Shown here: positions 9,233 through 19,012 of the stretch, in pieces
Numbering within the stretch: position 1 is the stretch's first letter
Layout: each line of letters begins with the position of its first letter
From: Pseudomonadota bacterium
GTDB taxonomy: Bacteria; Pseudomonadota; Alphaproteobacteria; Rhizobiales; Beijerinckiaceae
NCBI GenBank assembly: GCA_021780435.1
Contig: JAJXYV010000001.1
Coordinates: forward strand, 1,862 to 65,861
DNA: 64,000 nucleotides
Direction: 5' to 3'
Translations under genes and position numbers: made by a program
The notes under the pieces: model-generated
Database searches by the model: none
Seen by the model: the letters and a program-made list of their open reading frames with translations, nothing else
What the model was told of the DNA's origin: nothing

Positions 9233-10539
9233 GCGGTAAGAAAACGGGCGCCGGCCCCACGCCTGACAAGAGATCGGGTTGGAAGAAGATCCGTTTTGCC
9301 TTGTCCCGCGCAACCAGCAAGGCGATCCGCGAGCCTTTGCGTCGTGTCCGCGAGCCCCTGCGCCAGATCGCCCTGAAATTCATCCCCGGCTACCCCATCG
9401 TCATCGAGCAGCCCGAGACGCTGCCGCTCGCGCCCTTTACGGGCGTCTTGCCGCAGGCGGGGACGCGCTGTCTCGTCTATGAGGACGCGCCGGTCGTCAT
9501 CCGCTCCCATCCCTTGAGCCGCCATTCATCCGAAGACGAAAGCCGCCATTATCTCGACCACATCGTGACGGCGCCGGGGCTGACACTCGAAAGCCCGGGC
9601 CCGCATTTCTGGTTCGCGCGCTCGGGCCTGATGGTGTCGCCCAAAGGCGGAATCTGGCGTCATTCCTTCATGGCGCCTTTCCGGATGGAGCGGGTGCGGA
9701 CCGTGAAATCCATCAGCCGCGCCGAACAGGGCGGCGGTGAAGGCGGGCTGGTTTTCCACCCCTCGCTGGTCAGGGGAGCGGAGCGGATCGCGGGGCCGCA
9801 TCTCGTCGTCGCGCAGACGGAATCGCCGAATTTCGGCCATTTCCTGCTCGACGTCGTCCCTCTCATCCATCTTGGCAAGGAGATGGGCGCGCCGATGCTC
9901 GCCTGGCCCTTCAAGCCGTGGCAGAAGGACATCATCGCCCGGATCGGGGTTGCGCCCGGCCAAATTCGCGAGCTGCCGGCCAAGACCCACCTGCTGGAAC
10001 AGCCGGTGGTGAGCAATCGGCTTGCGGGGCTTGGCGCCCATATCGCCCATCCGATGGCGAAGCGCGTTTTCGACGCCATTCGAGACCGCACCCCAGTCGA
10101 GCGTTACGGCAGCTTGCCGCGGCGGTTCTTCCTGATGCGCGGCTTGCGTCACGGCCGTTCGCTCAAGAACCGCGTCGAACTTGGCGAGGCGCTCGCCAGT
10201 CACGGGGTTGCCTCCGTGCAGCCGGAAATGATGAGTTTCGAGGAGCAGGTGGCCCTCTTTGCCCGCGCCGAACTGGTGGTGGCGGAATTTGGAGCCGCGA
10301 TGGCCAATGTCGTCTTCTGTCCGGCCGGCGCGAAGGTTCTGGAAATCATCAGCGAGGGGCAGCATGACCCGTGGTCGGCCCGCCTGTGCGGCATGCTCGG
10401 GCTTGAGCATGTCGTCCATTTCCAGAAGTTGAGCGAGGACGAGCGGCTTTCGCGCGGCGACCGTTTCGCGCCGTCTCCGGATTTCGCCTTCGCCGCGGAT
10501 ATCGCCGCGATCTGCGCGACGGTCGATCACTTGCGCTGA
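9229..10539 (+). CDS. Glycosyltransferase family 61 / DUF563 protein
   Basis: NFGHFLLDVVP and PEMMSFEEQVALFARAELVVAEFGAAMANVVF, typical of GT61; GTGA overlap with the GNAT stop. Confidence 0.75.
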   Translation: MSGKKTGAGPTPDKRSGWKKIRFALSRATSKAIREPLRRVREPLRQIALKFIPGYPIVIEQPETLPLAPFTGVLPQAGTRCLVYEDAPVVIRSHPLSRHSSEDESRHYLDHIVTAPGLTLESPGPHFWFARSGLMVSPKGGIWRHSFMAPFRMERVRTVKSISRAEQGGGEGGLVFHPSLVRGAERIAGPHLVVAQTESPNFGHFLLDVVPLIHLGKEMGAPMLAWPFKPWQKDIIARIGVAPGQIRELPAKTHLLEQPVVSNRLAGLGAHIAHPMAKRVFDAIRDRTPVERYGSLPRRFFLMRGLRHGRSLKNRVELGEALASHGVASVQPEMMSFEEQVALFARAELVVAEFGAAMANVVFCPAGAKVLEIISEGQHDPWSARLCGMLGLEHVVHFQKLSEDERLSRGDRFAPSPDFAFAADIAAICATVDHLR

Positions 10540-10546
10540 AGATTCG

Positions 10547-10568
10547 GGGCCGCCCGACAGGGCGGCCC
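10547..10568. terminator. Hairpin between convergent GT61 and sodB genes
   Basis: gggccgccc-gaca-gggcggccc, 9-bp stem. Confidence 0.5.
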
Positions 10569-10581
10569 AGGTCGCCAAAAA

Positions 10582-11193
10582 TCAGCCCATCGCCTTCGCA
10601 TACTGGGCCTCGACATATTCCCAGTTCACGAGATGGGCCAGCACCGTCTTGATGAAGTCGGGACGGCGGTTGCGATAGTCGATGTAATAGGCGTGCTCCC
10701 AGACGTCGACGGTCAGGATCGGGGTTGCGCCGTGAATCAGCGGGTTTTCGGCGTTCGGGGTCTTGGAGACGGAAACCTTGCCGTCCTTGACCTGCAGCCA
10801 AGCCCAGCCGGAGCCGAACTGGGTGACGCCGGCGTTGGCCAGGTCTTCCAGAGCCTTGTCCACCGAGCCAAAGGCTTCGACGAGGCCCTTCTCGACCTTG
10901 CCCGGAACCTTGCCCGACGAATTGCCCTTTGCGGCCGGCTTCAGATATTTCCAGAATTCGGCGTGGTTGTAGATCTGGGCGACATTGTTGAACACGGCCG
11001 GATTCTTGCCATGGGAGCCGGTGATGACCTGCTCCATTGGCAGGCCTTCCCATTCGGTGCCTTTGATGAGATTGTTGGCGTTGTTCACGTAAGCGGCATG
11101 ATGCTTGTCGTGATGGAATTCGAGCGTTTCGGCCGACATATGCGGCGCGAGCGCGTCATAGGCGTAGGGAAGGGGATCGAGAACGAAGGACAT
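10582..11193 (-). CDS. sodB: Fe/Mn superoxide dismutase, probably Fe type
   Basis: LPYAYDALAPHMSAETLEFHHDKHH, FNNVAQIYNH, TQFGSGWAW, DVWEHAYY; start moved to ATG 11193 with an AGGAGA RBS. Confidence 0.93.
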   Translation of the reverse strand: MSFVLDPLPYAYDALAPHMSAETLEFHHDKHHAAYVNNANNLIKGTEWEGLPMEQVITGSHGKNPAVFNNVAQIYNHAEFWKYLKPAAKGNSSGKVPGKVEKGLVEAFGSVDKALEDLANAGVTQFGSGWAWLQVKDGKVSVSKTPNAENPLIHGATPILTVDVWEHAYYIDYRNRRPDFIKTVLAHLVNWEYVEAQYAKAMG

Positions 11194-11397
11194 TTGTCTC
11201 TCCTGCACAAGTCCGGCGCCGGCGAGAGGCGGCGCGGCGGCCCGATTGGGCGCGGGCGCAGGGTAGAAAGATCGTTTCCGCGACGCAAGAACGCAAAAGC
11301 GGCGAAGCGGCGGAAATGGTGGAATCAATTTTAAGCAATATGCTTCTATAATGGCGATTCAGGGCGCACTTGCCCCAAGAATAGGTCGCAGAGAAAG

Positions 11398-12438
11398 GTG
11401 CCTGTCAGCGTGAAAGCAGATCGCACGATCGTCGTCTTCGGCGTCTTTCTGTTCCTGATCGGATTTGCCGTCGCCTGGAACGGTTATGGCTATATTCAGA
11501 TCGAACGCGGCTGGTCGATGGTCATTTCCGGGACGATCGCATTCTGTTCGGGCCTGATCCTGACCGCTTTGGGTCTATTGCTGCGGCAATTGCAGATCCT
11601 GTCCGCTTCCGCCGCGCAGAGCACGCTTTTCCTCGCCAAGGCGAAGAACGAAGGTCTGCCGCCGCATCCGCTTGCGCCGTTGGCGGCCGCGCCCTTGCCC
11701 GCTGGGCTCGACGACGAGCAGGAGCCAATCGCGGCCGAAGCCCAGGTCCAAGGCGCGCTGGAGACTCCGGATTTCGGCTCCGCGACCGCGCGCGGCCTCG
11801 GAGCGCCTTCGCCGGCGCCAGCGAGCGAAAGCCCCGCGCCTCAGCCGCCTGCCTGGATGACCCGGGCAAGCGGCTATGCGGCGTTATTTGCGGCCGCGAA
11901 AGTTCCCGACGCGCCGGACGTCGGGGAGAAGCAACCTGAAACCGATTCGCTCGCCTGGATGGAGGAAGCGCTCGCCGAACATGCGGCGACGATCGAGGCG
12001 CACCACGAAGCCAGCTTCGACGAAGCGCTTCCTGAGTCTGAAATCCATGAAGAAATGGCGCCGGCGGCGCTGCCCGAGATGACCTTTTCCGAAATCCATG
12101 TCGAGGCGCCCGTCGAGAGCCCGCTCGAACATTTCGAAACGCCCGCGGCCGATCTGCACGAGATCGAACCTTCGCCGGAATACGAAACCGATTTCGGGCG
12201 CGAAGCCGAGGTGCGGGCTCACGGGGAGACTGCGCAAGAACGGGAGCCCGAAACGGGCCACGAACCGAAACCGGAACCAGAGGTCGCGGAAGGTCCCGCC
12301 GTCATGGGCCAGTATGAAGCCCATGGCGCCCGTTACACCATGTATGTCGACGGATCGATCGACGCCGAGACGGCGCATGGCGTCTATCACTTCTCGTCGA
12401 TGGACGAGTTGAAGCGATTCATCGAACAGAGCGAATGA
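11398..12438 (+). CDS. Membrane-anchored hypothetical protein with an acidic Pro/Glu/Ala-rich linker and a small C-terminal domain
   Basis: Two N-terminal TM helices; low-complexity middle; C-terminal YTMYVDGSIDAETAHGVYHFSSMDELKRFI. Confidence 0.7.
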   Translation: MPVSVKADRTIVVFGVFLFLIGFAVAWNGYGYIQIERGWSMVISGTIAFCSGLILTALGLLLRQLQILSASAAQSTLFLAKAKNEGLPPHPLAPLAAAPLPAGLDDEQEPIAAEAQVQGALETPDFGSATARGLGAPSPAPASESPAPQPPAWMTRASGYAALFAAAKVPDAPDVGEKQPETDSLAWMEEALAEHAATIEAHHEASFDEALPESEIHEEMAPAALPEMTFSEIHVEAPVESPLEHFETPAADLHEIEPSPEYETDFGREAEVRAHGETAQEREPETGHEPKPEPEVAEGPAVMGQYEAHGARYTMYVDGSIDAETAHGVYHFSSMDELKRFIEQSE

Positions 12439-12493
12439 TCTCTCTCAGCGGAATTGCAGCGCGGTCGGGCGACCGCGGTGCGCTGGGAAAAGC

Positions 12494-14596
12494 TCAGGCG
12501 GAGGGACCGCCGCCGACCGCCGCCACCGCGAAAGCCTGGCGTAACGCCGCCTCCTCGAGTTCATCGTAGCGTCCTGCCGCGCCTCCGTGGCCCGCGTCCA
12601 TATTGGTCTTCAGCAGGATCGGGCCGCCGCCGGTCATCCGCTCGCGCAGAACCTGCGCCCATTTGGCCGGTTCCCAATAAGTGACGCGCGGGTCGGTCAG
12701 TCCGGCCTCGATCAACATCGGCGGATAGCTCTGGGCCGCAACATTGTCATAGGGCGAATAGGACAGAAGCCGGACGAAGACCTCGGCGTCCTCGATCGGG
12801 TTGCCCCATTCCCGCCATTCCGGCGGCGTCAGGGGCAGGCTCGCGTCGCAGATTGTGTTGACCACATCGACGAAGGGCACTTCCGCGATGATCCCGGCAA
12901 AGAGTTCGGGGGCAAGATTGGCGACCGCGCCCATGAGCATGCCGCCCGCGCTGCCGCCCTCGGCGACGATCTTGCCCGGTTCCGTCAGCCCGAGAGCGCA
13001 CAGATGGCGGGCGCAGGCGATGAAATCGGAAAAGCTGTTGGCCTTATGCTCCAGCTTGCCGGCCTCATACCAGCGCGAGCCCTTTTCCGTCCCGCCGCGC
13101 ACATGGGCGATGGCGTAAACGAAGCCGCGGTCGATCAGGCTGAAGCGCGATTCGTCGAAGGAATCGGGAAGCGCCACGCCATAGGCGCCATAGCCATAGA
13201 GCAGTACGGGGCCTGGACGCGCCGCGCGGTCGCGGCGCCAGACCATCGAAATCGGAACCGCCTCGCCGTCAGGCGCCGGGGCGAAGACGAGCCTCGTTTC
13301 GTAGCTGGCGGCGTCATGCCCGCTTGGTATGATCTGGCGCTTGACAAGGACGCGCTCGCGGGTCGCGAGGTTGTAGTCGTAAATTTCCTCGGGTTCCGCG
13401 AGTGAGGAATAGGAAAAGCGCAGGATCGGCTCTTCGAAATCGAAATTGGGCTGGAGCCGCAGATGATGGCAGGGCGTGGCGAAGTCGAGACGATGCTCGT
13501 CGTCGTCCAATCGTTTCACGACCAGGCGCGGCGCACAATTTTCGCGCTCCAGCCAGACGAGAAAATCGGCGAAGACCGTGGCGTTGAAAATCATGCGCCC
13601 GGGGCGATGTGGCGCTTCCTCGCGCCACGGCTCCTTGCCCAGCGCGCCGAGGGGGATGCTCACGAGCTTGAAGTCGAAGGCGTCGTCGGCGTTGGTGCGC
13701 ATGTAAAGCCTGTCGCGTCCCGGCTCCACGTCGTAACGCAGGCCCGGGCTGCGCGGGAGAACCAGACGCGCGGGGGCGTCAGGCCGTTCCAGATCGATCA
13801 GCCAGCATTCGGCGCAATCGTGATCGCTGACCTTGACGATCGCAATCCGTCGTGACCGCGAAGCGCGCAAGTGCACGAACCAGGCGGGGTCCTTTTCCGA
13901 AAAGACAAGGCGGTCGGTCGCCGGGTCGGCGCCGAGCCGGTGCAGATAGACCTCGCTGGATCGGAAATCCTCGTCCATCCGGGTGTAAAGGAAAGCCGAC
14001 GAATCGCGCGTCCAGACGATTGTCCCGTCGCTGTTTTCGACGACATCCGCGCCGATCTTGCCGGTGGCGAGGTCGCGCCAGCAGATGCGGTGCAGTTCAT
14101 TGCCGCGATCGTCGAAACTATAGGCGAGCAGGCGGTGGTTCGGCGAATGAACGGCGTCGTCGAGACTGAAGAAGTCCTTGCCTTCGGCGAGCTGGTCGCC
14201 ATCGAGCATGATCTGCTCCTCCCCGCCCGAATCAGGCTTGCGGCAGACGAGCTCGTGCTGGCCTCCTGCGCGAAAGCGGCGGTAATAGAGCCAGTCGCCG
14301 TCGCGGGCCGGGGGATCGCCTTCGGTTTCGTCAACCCGCCCGACCATTTCCGCATAGATCCTGTCGGCGAGCGGCTTGATCTCGGCCAGAGTCGAATCGG
14401 CATAGGCGTTCTCCGCCTCGAGCAGCGCCCGAATCTTCTTCGGCAAGGCCGTCGGATCGTGAATCGCCTCGCGCCAATTGTCGGCCCGTATCCAGGCGTA
14501 ATCGTCCCAGATTTCGACATCATGCGCCGCGAATCGGCGCGGCCGCTTTTCAGCGCGCGGCGGCTGGAAGGATCTGTTTTTCGAGAATGGGGTCAT
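12494..14596 (-). CDS. ptrB: Oligopeptidase B (peptidase S9A)
   Basis: D.YAWIR N-terminus, YGYGAYG, GGSAGG nucleophile elbow, DPRVTYWEPAKW, AGHGG. Confidence 0.92.
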   Translation of the reverse strand: MTPFSKNRSFQPPRAEKRPRRFAAHDVEIWDDYAWIRADNWREAIHDPTALPKKIRALLEAENAYADSTLAEIKPLADRIYAEMVGRVDETEGDPPARDGDWLYYRRFRAGGQHELVCRKPDSGGEEQIMLDGDQLAEGKDFFSLDDAVHSPNHRLLAYSFDDRGNELHRICWRDLATGKIGADVVENSDGTIVWTRDSSAFLYTRMDEDFRSSEVYLHRLGADPATDRLVFSEKDPAWFVHLRASRSRRIAIVKVSDHDCAECWLIDLERPDAPARLVLPRSPGLRYDVEPGRDRLYMRTNADDAFDFKLVSIPLGALGKEPWREEAPHRPGRMIFNATVFADFLVWLERENCAPRLVVKRLDDDEHRLDFATPCHHLRLQPNFDFEEPILRFSYSSLAEPEEIYDYNLATRERVLVKRQIIPSGHDAASYETRLVFAPAPDGEAVPISMVWRRDRAARPGPVLLYGYGAYGVALPDSFDESRFSLIDRGFVYAIAHVRGGTEKGSRWYEAGKLEHKANSFSDFIACARHLCALGLTEPGKIVAEGGSAGGMLMGAVANLAPELFAGIIAEVPFVDVVNTICDASLPLTPPEWREWGNPIEDAEVFVRLLSYSPYDNVAAQSYPPMLIEAGLTDPRVTYWEPAKWAQVLRERMTGGGPILLKTNMDAGHGGAAGRYDELEEAALRQAFAVAAVGGGPSA

Positions 14597-15024
14597 GACT
14601 ACGGGAACTGTGGCTGGGCGAAGAACGAGACACTAATATTTCCCGCGGCAGCCCATTCGCCAAGCCGGATTTTGCCTTGCTGTTTGAACACATCTGCATT
14701 TGTAGCGAAGAGAGCCGTATCGCCTTGATTTCCAAGCGTCATCGCAGTGTCCGAAGCAAGAATTCCTGTTTGCTCGCGCGGCCCCGCCGCACTTTTATTT
14801 GGGCGTCTCCTCGGCTTGACGAGTTGATGTGCGGCGCGAAAAGCATGTTTGCGAATAAAGGCGTCGAAAATGTTTTCAGAGATATTGCAAATCAAAAAGA
14901 CCTGCCTTATTTAGAAGATTAACACGTGGTTCAAGTGCTCAAGGCAAGCTATTTTTTGCGGAATTCGCGAAAGCTGGCGCGTCTTGGAAAAAATCACAAC
15001 GTCCTTGAGGAAAGTCCGATTACC

Positions 15025-15441
15025 ATGAGCGACGCAGGCTCCCAGAATTACATTGAATTGGCTGCTGACATTGTTTCCGCCTATGTCAGCAACAATTCGG
15101 TCCCGGCTTCTGACCTTCCGGGCCTTATCAATGATGTCCACTCAGCGCTTCTGCGTGTGACGAGCGGCGCCGCGCCGATTGTAACCGAAGCGCCTAAGCC
15201 TGCCGTCCCGGTCAAGAAATCGATCACGAACGACTATATCATCTGCCTTGAGGACGGAAAACAGTTCAAATCGCTGAAGCGTCACTTGCGCACACAATAT
15301 AACATGTCGCCGGAAGACTATCGTGAGAAGTGGGGTCTTCCCGCGGATTACCCGATGGTCGCGCCAAATTACGCCAAAGCGCGTTCTCATCTCGCCAAGC
15401 AGATGGGGTTGGGCCAACAGCGTCGCCGCGGCCGCAAGTAA
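15025..15441 (+). CDS. mucR: Ros/MucR-family transcriptional regulator
   Basis: [17 protein letters not shown]...[18 protein letters not shown] signature; start moved to ATG 15025. Confidence 0.95.
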   Translation: MSDAGSQNYIELAADIVSAYVSNNSVPASDLPGLINDVHSALLRVTSGAAPIVTEAPKPAVPVKKSITNDYIICLEDGKQFKSLKRHLRTQYNMSPEDYREKWGLPADYPMVAPNYAKARSHLAKQMGLGQQRRRGRK

Positions 15442-15472
15442 TAGCAGGCTCGCGCTTTCCTATAAAATTTTC

Positions 15473-15507
15473 GCCCGGAGTGACGTTTCGCTCCGGGCTT
15501 TTTCTTT
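15473..15507 (+). terminator. Rho-independent terminator after mucR
   Basis: gcccggagtga-cgtt-tcgctccgggc followed by tttttcttt. Confidence 0.8.
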
Positions 15508-15524
15508 GGTTGGGCGATCTTGCG

Positions 15525-15839
15525 TCAGCCGCGTTCGCCGTTCGGAGCGATCTTGCGCCAGACGGGAGCCCGATCGGCGCCCGAAAGTGTGTCGCGACTG
15601 CGCGCCGAGGCGTCTGTTTTCAAGACCTTCGTCGCGGAGGCCGCGAGCGCCAGGCATTTCCCGGGGTCTGCGCGGCATTGCGTTTCAACGGCGGAGGTCG
15701 CGGCATGCCCAAGCAAGGCGCCCCGTTCCTCGGCGACGGAGTTGGCCGAACTGAAGAAAGCGGCAGGATCGGCGCTTTCTCTCATGGCGATTTGGCTGAA
15801 CACAAGTCCGAGCCAGAACAGGCAGCGCAGCAGGAACAT
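15525..15839 (-). CDS. Small exported protein, DUF5330-like
   Basis: Hydrophobic N-terminus MFLLRCLFWLGLVF, Cys pair C-x5-C, C-terminal DTLSGADRAPVW; position between mucR and the divJ-like gene as I recall it for Rhizobiales. Confidence 0.6.
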   Translation of the reverse strand: MFLLRCLFWLGLVFSQIAMRESADPAAFFSSANSVAEERGALLGHAATSAVETQCRADPGKCLALAASATKVLKTDASARSRDTLSGADRAPVWRKIAPNGERG

Positions 15840-16109
15840 TTCGGAACGCCTTTGACGTTAGCGTGAGGAAGATTAGCAACGTCGCGTCGAAATGAATTCA
15901 AGATCTTCGGTTAAATGCAAGGTTTCAACTTTACAGAAATTTAATCGTCGCCGGGCTCCACGGAAACAAAGCTGAAACCATAAAGGCACAATATCAACGC
16001 TCGGACCTCCTTTGCGCACTGGCGCCTTAGAGGTCACTTAACGAGCGGGGCGCATTGTAGCCGCGGAATTGGCGTCCTCAGGCGCCGTGTTTGTATCGAG
16101 TAGAGGCCG

Positions 16110-17924
16110 ATGTCGCGCTTCCCCGGGCTAAAGTCTGCGGCGCTCGAATATCCAGCGCAACCCGCTGATTTCGAGCGTTGGCGCCGCGACCAGTTCGTCA
16201 CCCTTCGGCTGGCGCTGAGCCTGCCTTTCATGGCGCTCGCGCCGGCGTTCCTTTTTCTTCGCGGCGCGCCGAACGCCTTCGACGTCGCCGCGTTCGCGCT
16301 CCTGCTTGCCCCCCTGATCGGGGTTTATATCCTCAATCGTAATGCTCGTATCGACATAGCCCAGGGGATCTGCGCCGCCGCGACCCTTCTGCTCGGCGTG
16401 GTTCTGACTGTCGCCAATGGTGGCGTCACGATCGGGGCCGTCGCCTTTTTCCTTCTCGGTCCGCTCGAGGCGACGGTTGGCGGCGTGTCGCGTTTTGCCC
16501 TTGGCGTCGCCGCGGCGTCCATTATCGCATTGGCAGCCATGATCGCCGCGACTGAGCTTGGTTGGCTGGAGGCGCGCGCGGGCATCGGCTTTGTCGATTT
16601 CGCCGCGGTCGTCGCGGCGATGATTTACGGGGCGCTGCTTGCCGTCTGGAGCGCGCGAATGGGCGACATGCGCGACCATTGCGTCCGCGCAGGCATGGAA
16701 GCCTATCGTGAACTCACCGAAACGGTCGGCGATCTCGTGATCCAATTCGATCGCGGCGGCGCGGTGCTCGATCTCGTGACCGATCCCGCCGACGCATTCC
16801 GACATGCGCGGCGCGATCTCATGGGACGCGGCCTGTTCGAGCGAATTCAGGTCGGCGACCGTCCAGCCTTTCTCAAGACGATCGCGGACGCGGCGATGGC
16901 CGATGGCGTCGTCCAGGTCGAATTTCGCCTGCGCGCTGGTCTCAACGGCGAAGAAGAAACGAAGACCGCCGCGCCGAGTTTCATCTGGGTCGAGATGCGC
17001 GCCCATCGTCCGCGTTCGACCGAGGGCAAGGTCATGGCGATCCTTCGCGACGTGACGCCGATGAAGGACGCGCGCGAGGCAACGGAGCGCGCACGCGAAC
17101 ATAGCGAACAGGCCAGCGCCTGGAAGGACCGGTTCCTCGCCAATGTCAGCCATGAATTGCGCACGCCGCTCAACGCCATCATCGGCTTTTCCGAAATGCT
17201 CGGAAATCCCGCCGTGGCGCCGAAGGATCCCGCTCGGGCGCGTGAATATGCGGGCATCATCCAGCACTCTGGCGAACATCTGCTCGGGCTCGTCAATACG
17301 ATCCTCGACATGTCGAAGATTGAAACCGGCAATTTCGAAATTGCGCCGGAAGCTTTCGACCTTGCCGGCCTGATCGACTTCGCGTGCGACGTCGTGAAGC
17401 TGAAGGCCGCGGAAAAGCGAATTGCGCTTTCGCGCGCATGCCCTGCGCATATCGGCGAGATCGTCGCCGACAAGCGAGCCTGCAAGCAGATCCTCCTGAA
17501 CCTGCTCTCGAATGCTCTGAAATTCACGCCCGAGGGCGGAAGCGTCGCGGTCCAGGCGCGGGCGGATGGCCCTTTCATCGAGATTGTCGTCATGGACACC
17601 GGCATCGGCGTGACCCAGGCCGATCTCGGCCGGCTGGGCGATCCTTTCTTCCAGGCCAAGGCGACCTATGACCGGCCCTATGAAGGAGCGGGCCTCGGCC
17701 TTTCCATCGTGCGCGGCCTCGTTGGTTTGCATGGCGGCGCGCTTGCCTTCGAAAGCGCGCCAAACGAAGGCGCCTGCGTTACTGTGCGCTTGCCGCGCGA
17801 TTGCCGCGACAAGCGGGACGCCTCCACCGCTTCCGTCAAGATCCAAACCCTGGCGCGCCGGAATCATATGCCGGCTTTGCCGGATGTCGCCCGCTCCAAC
17901 GATCAGGTGATGAAAATTGCGTGA
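16110..17924 (+). CDS. divJ: Membrane PAS-domain histidine kinase, DivJ-like
   Basis: About 5 TM helices, PAS-like region, H-box FLANVSHELRTPLNAIIGFSE, NLLSNALKFT, DTGIG, GAGLGL; synteny with PG-binding/DUF1491 genes. Confidence 0.7.
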   Translation: MSRFPGLKSAALEYPAQPADFERWRRDQFVTLRLALSLPFMALAPAFLFLRGAPNAFDVAAFALLLAPLIGVYILNRNARIDIAQGICAAATLLLGVVLTVANGGVTIGAVAFFLLGPLEATVGGVSRFALGVAAASIIALAAMIAATELGWLEARAGIGFVDFAAVVAAMIYGALLAVWSARMGDMRDHCVRAGMEAYRELTETVGDLVIQFDRGGAVLDLVTDPADAFRHARRDLMGRGLFERIQVGDRPAFLKTIADAAMADGVVQVEFRLRAGLNGEEETKTAAPSFIWVEMRAHRPRSTEGKVMAILRDVTPMKDAREATERAREHSEQASAWKDRFLANVSHELRTPLNAIIGFSEMLGNPAVAPKDPARAREYAGIIQHSGEHLLGLVNTILDMSKIETGNFEIAPEAFDLAGLIDFACDVVKLKAAEKRIALSRACPAHIGEIVADKRACKQILLNLLSNALKFTPEGGSVAVQARADGPFIEIVVMDTGIGVTQADLGRLGDPFFQAKATYDRPYEGAGLGLSIVRGLVGLHGGALAFESAPNEGACVTVRLPRDCRDKRDASTASVKIQTLARRNHMPALPDVARSNDQVMKIA

Positions 17925-18645
17925 GATCGCCGCCGCCTCCGATTTCGACTTTGTCGCGCTCGAACCGCGCCGCGCCGCCAAGGGCGCGACGCGGAAGAGA
18001 TCCAAATCCCAAAAGAAGGGCGCCGACGTCGGCGCCGCGCGCTTCTCCATCCTTTGGCGTTACCGGACGCCCGCGCTCGGATCTTTCATCCTCGTCGGCC
18101 TGCTCGCCGCGATCGTCGTCAATGCGATGTTCTTGCAGCGCGGTCGCCACCCGGCGCCTTTGTTCGGCTCAACAGTCCGGATCGCGCCGCCGGCGCCGCC
18201 CGTTCGGCCCGCTTCCTTCGAGCCGTTGCTGGGCGATTCCATCCCGCAGGCGGCGCTTCGTCCGGTCGATCCGGCGACGGAAGCCGCCTTCTCTGCGCCG
18301 GTTGTCGATGACAAGCCGGCGCCTGCCGAGACGGCGCCCGCACCTGCGTCCCACGCCGCCACCCAGCCGGTCAGGAAGGCGCATGATGTTATTGGGGACC
18401 TGATCGACGGCAAGACGCCGCCGGCGAGCCCAAGCCCCGCGAAAAGCGCTTCCACCAGCGTTCTTACGGCGCAGCGCGCGCTTGCAAAGCTCGGCGCGCC
18501 CGTGAAGCCCGACGGGGAATTGGGACCGGGAACGCGCAAGGCCATCGAGGCCTTCCAGCGCCAGAATCAGCTGCCCGTCACGGGCGAATTGAATGCGAAG
18601 ACCCGTCGCCAGCTGTCGGCGCGCTCGGGCGTCGCGGTCGAGTGA
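17917..18645 (+). CDS. Membrane-anchored peptidoglycan-binding domain protein
   Basis: One TM plus QRGRHPAPLF, Pro-rich linker, C-terminal PG_binding_1-like AQRALAKLG..PDGELGPGTRKAIEAFQR. Confidence 0.8.
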   Translation: MREIAAASDFDFVALEPRRAAKGATRKRSKSQKKGADVGAARFSILWRYRTPALGSFILVGLLAAIVVNAMFLQRGRHPAPLFGSTVRIAPPAPPVRPASFEPLLGDSIPQAALRPVDPATEAAFSAPVVDDKPAPAETAPAPASHAATQPVRKAHDVIGDLIDGKTPPASPSPAKSASTSVLTAQRALAKLGAPVKPDGELGPGTRKAIEAFQRQNQLPVTGELNAKTRRQLSARSGVAVE

Positions 18646-19004
18646 GGGCTTCGCCCGTGGTTTCAGCCGTGCGCCTGCGCTCCGACATATGGGTCGCCGC
18701 TTTCCTGCGCCGTTGCGCCAGCGCGAATGTGGCGGCTTACCTTCGGCGACGCGGCGCGCCTGAAGCCGGCGCGATTTTCGTCAAGATCGATCGACTCGAT
18801 GGAAGCGCGGCCCTGTTCGCGCCAGCGCCGCAAAGCGAGGCGCGGGACGATGGCGCGCGTCTCTTCACCCGCGCGCATGACGCAGATTGGATTGAATCTG
18901 CCGCTGTCGAGGAAAAACTCGCACGCGAAATCAAATTCGATTCCGATCTTTGGATCGTCGAAGTCGAAGATCGCGAGGGCCGCGTCTTCCTCGATCTCGC
19001 TTGA
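18642..19004 (+). CDS. DUF1491 family protein
   Basis: RLRSDIWVAAFLRRC...GAIFVK...FDSDLWIVEVEDREGR. Confidence 0.8.
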   Translation: MRASPVVSAVRLRSDIWVAAFLRRCASANVAAYLRRRGAPEAGAIFVKIDRLDGSAALFAPAPQSEARDDGARLFTRAHDADWIESAAVEEKLAREIKFDSDLWIVEVEDREGRVFLDLA

Positions 19005-19012
19005 GGGGAGGA

